A stretch of 8,384 nucleotides of DNA, from the NCBI GenBank assembly GCA_018985225.1, contig JADGIF010000448.1, positions 1 to 8,384 on the forward strand, read 5' to 3'. The position numbers were made by a program, and so were the translations under genes. The notes beneath the pieces were generated by a model. It was not told the origin of the DNA. It worked only from the letters and a program-made list of their open reading frames with translations, and did not search any database. Below, piece after piece: positions 1-7,019 of the stretch. Origin of the DNA: Amoeboradix gromovi X-113. Its lineage: Eukaryota > Fungi > Sanchytriomycota. Position 1 is the first letter of the stretch; the number at the start of each line of letters is the position of its first letter.

Positions 1-146
1 TCTTTAGAGTGCCACACCTCGTACATGGCATCGAATTTGTTCCTTGGTGCCATGTGGTCCATGTCCACTTCCAAATGACACTATGTACATGAATAGCTCT
101 CCAAATTGTTTTTCTTTAGAGTGCCACATACTGTATGTGGCATCTA
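1..146 (-). pseudogene. tnpB: Mirror copy of TnpB/Fanzor C-terminal zinc-ribbon fragments (partial)
   Basis: The minus strand from 143 reads MPHTVCGTLKKNNLESYSCT*CHLEVDMDHMAPRN. After a frameshift it reads SMPCTRCGTLK, which runs off the window edge. Confidence 0.75.
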
Positions 147-353
147 ATTCTTCCACATTTGGACCAGTTCCTCAGTGTTGATGAATTTATGCTGTACCTG
201 CTAGTTATTTCTTTAGAATTGATTTACCACTTGTGAAAAGGAATAATATCGAGTATCTAAGCTATTAGAAAAATCTGGAAAAGTCATGAAATTATATAAA
301 AATGTATAAAGATTCGCGATAAATGATTTATCCAAGAAAATAGTCAAGCTGTT
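1..353. repeat. Left arm of a long inverted repeat (partner 1286-1632); truncated by the window start
   Basis: The reverse complement of 1-130 matches 1503-1632 with 2 mismatches (left positions 11 and 122). 131-353 matches 1286-1502 with more substitutions and small indels. Inner boundary: GAAAATAGTCAAGCTGTT(353) / (1286)AACAGCTTGACTATTTTC. Confidence 0.97.
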
Positions 354-1157
354 CCCTTTTCCCAGTCAGGTGTGCATTCTGTACCTACCAGTGATATCTT
401 AGATTTGACGATCTGATATTCGTTTTCTCAACTATCAAAAACAATATCAACCACTGATGCAATTAGAGAATTATAGGAAAATACACCTTTTGAGCTATAG
501 AGTAAATTTTATCCCAATAAACGGTTTGTTCTACTCAGATTATTAGCCGTGAACATTTTCGTCTTAATTTCTTATGACAAAATAATATTCTAGTTTCGCC
601 TTGTTTCTTAGTCTACAACTTAAACACAGTTGTGCGTATATGTCTCGATATTTTATGGATTTTAGCAGGCCTGCAACATCTAAATACACTAAAGATGCTT
701 TCTGGTTTACAAAAAATTGGATTTGCTGAATGATACATCAAAAATAACTCATGACTAATTGAAGACACTACATCTAGTGTTCGTCAATAGCTACCTAAAT
801 CTGCAACTACCAGTAGTAAATAAAAGTCTGAAATAATACCGCTCGACCATAGCCAAAGATTCCAAGAATGAGCAGTTCTCTAGACAATTTTGTGCAATTT
901 TTAATATTTTTGTGTGCGCTTTGCAATGTAACTAACTTTGGATATCGGATAACTAGTAGTTAAAAAGATCTAACATGGTCAGACTTTATTCAAAATGGGT
1001 AAATTCAGTAAGCTGGTATTCTTATCTATGGTTAATGCCTCCAAATCATCAGCTAGGCAAAAAATTCTTCTTCAGGAACTGTCTGATGTCTCTAGAGACT
1101 AGTAAAGACATTCCATTATTTGTTGGAATGTGTTAGAAGTTCCGGTACAACGAATGA

Positions 1158-1295
1158 GCTAAGACAACGATAGAATATGACGAAGTGTTTACTAGTCAAG
1201 CATGCAGTATGGACGAAACTCTAAAGAAAATCCATTTGGAGACACTTAAATGTAGAAACTGTCGTTTTGACGTGGACAGGGACCAAACAGCTTGA
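1158..1295 (+). pseudogene. tnpB: Degenerate TnpB/Fanzor C-terminal fragment (copy A)
   Basis: Translates AKTTIEYDEVFTSQACSMDETLKKIHLETLKCRNCRFDVDRDQTA*. This retains E-x-(F/Y)TSQ-x-C, TLKK, CxxC and the DRD RuvC-III motif. The second Cys is lost and the segment is flanked by stops. Confidence 0.7.
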
Positions 1296-1632
1296 CTATT
1301 TTCTTGAATAAATCATTTATTGCGAATTTTTATGCATTTTTGTATAATTTAAAGACTCTTCCAGATTTTTTTAATGGCCTAAATACTCGAAATTCTTTTC
1401 ACAAGTGGTAAATCAATTCTAAAGAAATAACTAGCAGGTGCAGAATACATTCGTCAACGTTGAGGAACTGGCCCAAGCATGGAAATTCGATGCCATGTAC
1501 AATATGTGGCGCTCTAAAGAAAAACAATTTGGAGAGCTATTCATGTACATAGTGTCATTTGGAAGTGGACATGGACCACATGGCACCAAGGAACAAATTC
1601 GATGCCATGTACGAGGTGTGGTACTCTAAAGA
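1286..1632. repeat. Right arm of the inverted repeat (partner 1-353)
   Basis: Reverse complement of 1-353. The true outer boundary cannot be seen because the left arm runs off the window. Confidence 0.97.
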
Positions 1633-1707
1633 AAACCAACTTACAAAGCTACAGCTGTACAAATTGTCATTTGGAAATAGATAGAGACCATATGGCTGCA
1701 AGGAACA
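1483..1707 (+). repeat. Imperfect tandem repeat, 112-bp period, 2 copies
   Basis: AAATTCGATGCCATGTAC at 1483 and 1595; CTAAAGAAAA at 1514 and 1626; TGTCATTTGGAA and CAAGGAACA in both units. Confidence 0.92.
1487..1594 (+). pseudogene. tnpB: TnpB/Fanzor zinc-ribbon fragment (copy C) with internal stop
   Basis: Translates SMPCTICGALKKNNLESYSCT*CHLEVDMDHMAPRN, with TAG at 1550-1552. It is out of frame with the next copy (112-bp period). Confidence 0.8.
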
Positions 1708-1778
1708 TATACATCAAGTATATGCATCCTTATTCAATCCCACCTCAGAGTAGTGAAAGCGTGAGCAATCACTGCTAG
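1599..1778 (+). pseudogene. tnpB: 5'-truncated TnpB/Fanzor (Fanzor2/IS607-TnpB-like) C-terminus (copy D): zinc ribbon + RuvC-III
   Basis: Translates SMPCTRCGTLKKTNLQSYSCTNCHLEIDRDHMAARNIYIKYMHPYSIPPQSSESVSNHC*, i.e. S-x2-CxxC-G-x11-CxxC-x4-DRD-x2-AARNI, the diagnostic C-terminal signature of TnpB/Fanzor (OrfB_Zn_ribbon). It is 58 aa from ATG 1602 and is absent from the ORF track. Confidence 0.88.
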
Positions 1779-1950
1779 TTTCTCTGTGAAAATTCTTGAT
1801 TTTCTCGGAAATCAGTACTTTTAATGAGAAGTAATAAGAATTTGTAATTTAAATCAAAGGCGATGTAATATGTGAAGATTCTGATTGAAAGCTCCCAATT
1901 GAGATCTATTTTGATAAGCTAATGTTGAAGGAGAGTGCTGTTGCCTTGAG
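1741..1950 (+). ncRNA. Putative Fanzor/TnpB omega-RNA scaffold
   Basis: Overlaps the 3' end of the nuclease remnant. Helices found by eye: 1749-1756/1769-1776 capped by GC-GUGA-GC; a three-way junction closed by 1790-1797/1836-1843 with hairpins 1798-1813 and 1816-1833; a long stem 1854-1864/1940-1949. The identity is inferred from position plus structure only. Confidence 0.55.
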
Positions 1951-1988
1951 CGTTCATCAAAAATTGTAAACATAATTAGATTTATTTG

Positions 1989-2933
1989 TCATGCAAGTTT
2001 TTTAGCTCTTTTGTTCACCATCTGGACTTTTCTTTCAATTTTATCAATGTCTGTGTTTATATCGTCCATTAATTTATTCTGCAGGCTAAGCTCTGTATTC
2101 ATTTCAATTCCGATCTGTTTCTGGACTCTCAATGACTGCATAATAAGGCTTAAACTCTGATCTTGAGTTTGAAGCATCAACTGAGCGTTCGGCAATGATG
2201 TAGACGCATTTGAATAAACCGTTGCTGCGGACTGACTTTTATTAAATGTACCAGGTACATGTGCAATTGGAATTGATGTAACCGATGACGGTGTAGAATT
2301 ACCAAACACTCTTTTTCTAGGGGACTCCTGAATACCTTTAATGATGCTCTGAATTTTCATTTCAACTTCCCTGTATGATTTCATTTTTCGATTCATTTCA
2401 CTTCCGTTTTGATCAGATTGCATAAGTTTAAGCAAAGTCGGCAAGTAATCCTTTAGTGGTGCTACTATTTGTTGTATCTCTTGATTTATTTTATAAGACT
2501 GATGAATTTGGTTGTTGCGAACGCACTCAACTCTTTTTTGAATCAATGTCTCTATCTTATCTATCTGATTTTCAATAGTCTGCAAGTCACTGTAAAAGTT
2601 GTTTTCAAACTTCTTCTCAACTGCCAAGGTATCTAGTTCCTTGTCGAGTCCAATGAATTCCCTAAACACTGGATGGTTTATAAATTGAATGCATTGCAAT
2701 AAATACTGCCGTAACTGAATTTTTCGCTCTTCTACTACTGATGCAGATGTTGAAAAGTATCTTTTTGGAGGTATGAGAAAGGGTGGGTTTAATTGCACAT
2801 GCAAAGTAATAAAATCCGAATATCGCTTTTTAATTTTCCATTCCTGCTTGTTTTCATAATTCAGTGTAAATTCATATACTACATACTGTGATGATATGTT
2901 TTCGGATTTAACATTTATGATTTGAATACTCAT
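1989..2933 (-). CDS. VAM7: PX-domain + C-terminal Qc-SNARE protein, Vam7-like vacuolar SNARE
   Basis: N-terminal PX motifs (YVVYEF, IKKRYSDFITLHVQL, PPKRYF, VEERKIQLRQYL) and a C-terminal SNARE helix (QDQSLSLIMQSLRVQKQIGIEMNTELSLQNKLMDDI) with no TM anchor. First ATG is at 2933; the track's 2942 start is TTG. Confidence 0.85.
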   Translation of the reverse strand: MSIQIINVKSENISSQYVVYEFTLNYENKQEWKIKKRYSDFITLHVQLNPPFLIPPKRYFSTSASVVEERKIQLRQYLLQCIQFINHPVFREFIGLDKELDTLAVEKKFENNFYSDLQTIENQIDKIETLIQKRVECVRNNQIHQSYKINQEIQQIVAPLKDYLPTLLKLMQSDQNGSEMNRKMKSYREVEMKIQSIIKGIQESPRKRVFGNSTPSSVTSIPIAHVPGTFNKSQSAATVYSNASTSLPNAQLMLQTQDQSLSLIMQSLRVQKQIGIEMNTELSLQNKLMDDINTDIDKIERKVQMVNKRAKKLA

Positions 2934-3372
2934 CTGGAACAAGATCTACAAAACTAGACAAACTCTTTAAAACAGATGTCTCAAAAAAGTAAAACTAGTC
3001 AAGAACAAATCGTCCATGATTAATAGCATTTACTTCAGCGGGCAGGTAGTTGATTTCAATCCACTTTTCTCCAAATAAGTATCTAGATCTCTTTCTGGGG
3101 GACCAATGAGCTGATAAATCGTTTTTTCATGCAATAGTTGGTAGATTTCGATCAAATTATTTTAAAAAATTGTTATTCAAGACAACAAAAATTTGATTTC
3201 CTCATCATGCCTATTATTTTACAGAAACCTAAGATGAGCTGATTATGCAGCTCGCTAGCATTCTAACTTGTGATAAATAGCGTCGAACAAATTTGCTAAT
3301 TACCAGAAAAGTGCGCTCGCAAACACAGTTCTACTTCTTTGTTTAATGTCTCATTTGTTTAAGAAATTTTAT

Positions 3373-4791
3373 TTATTTCTCAAATGTGGAATGCTTCAAA
3401 AACTTTGCAACCATAAACGCAATATCAAGGCTTTGCTCATAATTTAATCTCGGATCACAATTACTTTTATAGTTATCCAACAAATCTTCATGGCCTAATT
3501 GCATGCTTCCTCCTACACATTCAGTTACACTTGAACCAGTCATTTCCAGATGAATCCCACTGAGAATTGAGTTGTTCATAGAATGTGCTGTAAATGTGAT
3601 AGATATTTCTTCTACAATAGAAGAGTACATTCTTGTCTTCTTCCCACTGCTACTAGATATAGTGTTCCCATGCATTGGATCGCATATCCAACATGGTGTT
3701 CGCCCAGCTGCCTGAACTGCTTTAATAATGTTCGGTAGATGCAAATTAACTTTGTCCTTTCCAAATCGAGTAATTAGTACGATTTTGCCCACAATTTTAT
3801 CAGGATTTAAAATACCTAATAGCTGAACAAGCTCATCAGGTTTAGTAGTAGGTCCCACTTTAATACCTATTGGGTTGTTTATGCCCCGAAAGAACTCAAC
3901 ATGCCCTTGATCCAACTGTCTTGTGCGATCTCCAATCCATAGAATGTGAGCGCTAAGGTCATAAAAGTGGTTTCCAACTTGCTTAGTTGTCATTTCTTCA
4001 TAGTTCAGATGTAATCCCTCATGACTAGTAAAGAAATCCACTGTAGCTAGTGGTGATTTAGAAGCATATGTACTAGTTTTATCATGGCCATCAGCACCCA
4101 CCATGCTTAAAAACCCCAAAGCGTCCAAAATCTGATCAGTAATCTTTTGGTACTCTTTTTTTAGGTCTTTGTTTACAACGAAATCAAAATTCCATAAATC
4201 TGGTTTATGTAAATCAGCAAATCCCGAGTTCAAAACGCCTCTAATATAGTTCAAAGTGCTAGACGAACTGAAATGACTTAATAGCAATCTATTTGGATCA
4301 GGCTCTCTTTTTTCTGCATCAATACAATTAATGTTGTCGCCCCGATAAGTGAGTACCTCAACACCATTGACTACTTCTGTTGGGTTGGATCGTGGTTTAG
4401 CGTATTGACCTGCAATTCTGCCAATTTTGATGACGGGCTTTTTACCTATGAATGATATAACAAGAGACATTTGAAGTAAAACCTTAAGCTTTGCTAATAT
4501 GATGGATTCTTGACATTCATCAAACGTTTCTGCACAATCACCACCATGCAGAATAAACTTTTTACCAGAGGCAGCGTGTTGTAGTTGCTCCTTAAGATTC
4601 TCAATTTCTTCTGGGTGAACGAGAGGCGGCAATTTTTTAATTTGCTTTAAAACGCTTTCGTAAAGTTCCTTGTCTTTGTATTCGACTTGTTGCTGCGCTG
4701 GAAGTGATTTGTAGCTTGTTAAACTCCAATCAGTAGTTCCCATGTTTCGTGGATTTAGGATCGTAAATAAGTTTACTTTGTCATCATCCAT
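3373..4791 (-). CDS. Class II 3-deoxy-7-phosphoheptulonate (DAHP) synthase
   Basis: Motifs GGDCAE, GRIAGQYAKPRS, YRGDNIN, LWIGDRTRQLD, NPIGIKVGP, CDPMHGNT, GIHLEMTG..VTECVGG and CDPRLN. The real start may be the second ATG (4743, MGTTDWS), just before the conserved N-terminal W. Confidence 0.97.
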   Translation of the reverse strand: MDDDKVNLFTILNPRNMGTTDWSLTSYKSLPAQQQVEYKDKELYESVLKQIKKLPPLVHPEEIENLKEQLQHAASGKKFILHGGDCAETFDECQESIILAKLKVLLQMSLVISFIGKKPVIKIGRIAGQYAKPRSNPTEVVNGVEVLTYRGDNINCIDAEKREPDPNRLLLSHFSSSSTLNYIRGVLNSGFADLHKPDLWNFDFVVNKDLKKEYQKITDQILDALGFLSMVGADGHDKTSTYASKSPLATVDFFTSHEGLHLNYEEMTTKQVGNHFYDLSAHILWIGDRTRQLDQGHVEFFRGINNPIGIKVGPTTKPDELVQLLGILNPDKIVGKIVLITRFGKDKVNLHLPNIIKAVQAAGRTPCWICDPMHGNTISSSSGKKTRMYSSIVEEISITFTAHSMNNSILSGIHLEMTGSSVTECVGGSMQLGHEDLLDNYKSNCDPRLNYEQSLDIAFMVAKFLKHSTFEK

Positions 4792-5536
4792 GATCGTTCT
4801 TGGGTCATGCTTGTATTATAATTTTAAATATGACTCAAATACGTTTAAAAGTTACAAAATCATAGAAAGAAATGTCAGTGAAAACTATTTGACATTGAAA
4901 ATTCCAAATATCAGCGATCCAAATCAAAAGGTGCCATTTTATTACGCTGTAAAACACCCTAACATTCAGGTGCTGAGGTATTATTCACCAATAGTCTCGG
5001 AAGGTGGACTCTCTTTTTTTATTAAGTTATACGACAGAGCGCTGATGAGCGAGTACTTATCCCATGCTGATTTTGCAGAAATGAAGGGACCTTACTACCA
5101 TCCAACGGCTTCAAAAATAGACTTGGAAGACTTGATTTTAAGGAATGTTCCAATATTGTGTATAGCAGCAGGTACCGGAATACTCCCATTTTATCAAATC
5201 TTGAAAAAGCATCCTGATGCTAACATCAAGGTGTTGTATTGCAGCAGTGATAATCTTCTTCAGGATGAGCTCTCTGCTTTTAACGTTGATTATCACCATC
5301 CAAGAAACCCATTGACAAGATACAATTTTACTGTAGATCAGGAATATCAGCTTGTCTTAATTTGTGGTCCAGAGAGATTTACCAAAGATCTTTGTGGTTA
5401 TGACAACGATGAGCAGTACTCTTTGAATAACATGTACAGCCAAGATCATGACATTCCAGTGTCACTGAATTCCAAAGTTTTAAAAGGCTGGCTCAAACAT
5501 TTTAATTTCAAAGATGACCAGGTCATTGTTTTATAG
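4742..5536 (+). CDS. FAD/NAD(P)-binding oxidoreductase, cytochrome b5 reductase family, Cyc2-like (probably mitochondrial)
   Basis: FAD motif RYYSP, IKLY..ALMSEYL, KGP, the NAD-binding motif CIAAGTGILPFYQ and LICGPERF. The basic/hydroxylated N-terminus (MFRGFRIVNKFTLSSS) is followed by a short hydrophobic stretch. An alternative ATG lies at 4790. Confidence 0.88.
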   Translation: MFRGFRIVNKFTLSSSMIVLGSCLYYNFKYDSNTFKSYKIIERNVSENYLTLKIPNISDPNQKVPFYYAVKHPNIQVLRYYSPIVSEGGLSFFIKLYDRALMSEYLSHADFAEMKGPYYHPTASKIDLEDLILRNVPILCIAAGTGILPFYQILKKHPDANIKVLYCSSDNLLQDELSAFNVDYHHPRNPLTRYNFTVDQEYQLVLICGPERFTKDLCGYDNDEQYSLNNMYSQDHDIPVSLNSKVLKGWLKHFNFKDDQVIVL

Positions 5537-5612
5537 TAAAATAATTCCTCTTATTTATAGCAATAAATCATTGAACTACCATTTAATCTTTTACTCCAAA
5601 AGTTTTTTGTAT

Positions 5613-6959
5613 ATGAAACAAATGGATTTATCGTCAAATAAATCTATCACAAATATATCTATATTCGATGATTATTTACAATATAATAATGCAATAATTA
5701 AAGGCTACTTGTACAATGAAATTTTACTAATACTGCAGTCTGGTAAAATACCCAGTGAGTTAATTAATATTCTACCTACATCTCTTGAAATCATCGATCA
5801 TAGGTACCATCAAAGGTACGAGGTTGAACTAGAAGCCAGTCTGCATGCTAATTTTGATATAATGGAATCTAACTCCACTTCTAGGTTTGACATGTTTAAC
5901 AAGGAAAGCGAATTGCTAAAATCTCTACCGATTGATTTTGAGGCTTCCTTTTCTAAGCGTAGTTTTGATTACTTTTTAAAGAACAAATTTAACATTCCGA
6001 ACAAGAGATATAAACCAGAAGTTTATTTGGAAGATAGTGAGCCAGTTCTGTTAGATGCAAACCAGCAGTCGATAAATATGGATTTGTTCAATGACCGTAT
6101 GGATGTGTCTTTTATTACAAAGCTAAACCAGGTCAGACATGTCGTAAGCGAAAGGAACAAAATAAAAATAGAAACAATTACGGAAAACCAAGTGAAATCC
6201 TTGAATGGATTTGTTATCGTGCAATCCATTAAGTTCAAGCACAATTTCTTAGAATCATATGTCACAATAAATCTTCTGTCTTCTCAGAAGGAGGAGTATT
6301 TTATTGCAGCAATTTACTTTGGTTCAATACCTGACACCACCTATACCGGATTTTCTATTCAAATGCCAGTGGGACTGAAAAACGCTATTCCCATAGTGTT
6401 TGAGAACCTGATAAATAGGTTTAAAATAGATCATTTGATGACCTTTGATAGCAAACTAAATATTGCAACACCACCTAGATTGACGACCCCGGAAGTTGAA
6501 GATGTCAGTAATAGTGAAATATTTCAACTGCAGAAGCAGCGAATGTACACGCAGCAGCCACAGTCCTCTCCAAATGTTATGTTTTCCCCAAACTACAGAC
6601 AAATGCAATATAGACCACAATATCAACAGCAAACACCGCAAATGCAGAATGTAGTTACCGCAGCAAGCCCGCTTATCAATGGGCAAATGTACAGACCTAT
6701 GAACTCACAGGGACAATTCAACTACCAAATGTATCATCAAATGCAACAGCAGATGCAGCAACAGATACAGCAACAAATGCAACAGCAGATGCAGGTACCG
6801 CAGATGTATAGAGTACCGCATCCACAAATGATGTACAGGATGAACAGGCCGGGCGCTTATAGACAAGGAATTGTGCTGCCAACAATGCAACAACAGAGAC
6901 CATTTACACCCCCACAGCAGCAAAGACCGCAGTACGTGCAGAGGCCGGCACCGCAGTAA
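5613..6959 (+). CDS. Protein with Q/P/M-rich C-terminus, probable Spt20-like SAGA subunit
   Basis: Long ORF, open from 5514. ATG 5613 is preferred because 5514 overlaps the upstream CDS and its AATAAA at 5562. The N-terminus ILLILQSGKIPSELINIL..LEIIDHR..YEVELEAS resembles the Spt20 domain pattern, and the tail is low-complexity and Q-rich. The coding call is strong; the family call is tentative. Confidence 0.6.
   Translation: MKQMDLSSNKSITNISIFDDYLQYNNAIIKGYLYNEILLILQSGKIPSELINILPTSLEIIDHRYHQRYEVELEASLHANFDIMESNSTSRFDMFNKESELLKSLPIDFEASFSKRSFDYFLKNKFNIPNKRYKPEVYLEDSEPVLLDANQQSINMDLFNDRMDVSFITKLNQVRHVVSERNKIKIETITENQVKSLNGFVIVQSIKFKHNFLESYVTINLLSSQKEEYFIAAIYFGSIPDTTYTGFSIQMPVGLKNAIPIVFENLINRFKIDHLMTFDSKLNIATPPRLTTPEVEDVSNSEIFQLQKQRMYTQQPQSSPNVMFSPNYRQMQYRPQYQQQTPQMQNVVTAASPLINGQMYRPMNSQGQFNYQMYHQMQQQMQQQIQQQMQQQMQVPQMYRVPHPQMMYRMNRPGAYRQGIVLPTMQQQRPFTPPQQQRPQYVQRPAPQ
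6741..6794 (+). repeat. 12-bp coding tandem repeat (MQQQ)x4.5
   Basis: ATGCAACAGCAG ATGCAGCAACAG ATACAGCAACAA ATGCAACAGCAG ATGCAG. Confidence 0.85.
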
Positions 6960-6989
6960 ATAGAATGTATAGAGTGTATAATTTAAACT

Positions 6990-7003
6990 ATTTATTAATA
7001 AAT
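6990..7003. terminator. Palindromic bidirectional polyadenylation-signal candidate
   Basis: ATTTATTAATAAAT is a perfect 14-bp palindrome giving AATAAA on both strands. It sits in the 60-bp gap between two convergent genes. Confidence 0.5.
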
Positions 7004-7019
7004 TAATTTTAAATTAAAC

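Noticed and set aside
1550-1552. In-frame TAG as a sign of a reassigned genetic code
   Set aside because: Host genes here end in TAA, TAG and TGA and have no internal stops; the Q-rich tract uses only CAA/CAG.
1438-1629. 63-aa ORF from the track
   Set aside because: GTG start, and it is an off-frame reading of the Fanzor repeat units; the meaningful motifs lie in other frames.
1483-1707. CRISPR-like array (repeated AAATTCGATGCCATGTAC)
   Set aside because: Only two units, the intervening sequences are homologous to each other and encode a zinc ribbon, and the context is eukaryotic.
2943-3372. Possible C/D snoRNA or small gene in the 430-bp intergenic region (ATGAGCTGAT twice, GAGCTG/CAGCTC hairpin, ATGATGA on the minus strand)
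   Set aside because: No convincing box C/D pairing with a terminal stem and guide, and no ATG-initiated ORF of meaningful length or recognisable similarity.
6023-6923. Four short minus-strand ORFs
   Set aside because: Antisense shadows of the long + strand CDS and its Q-rich repeat.
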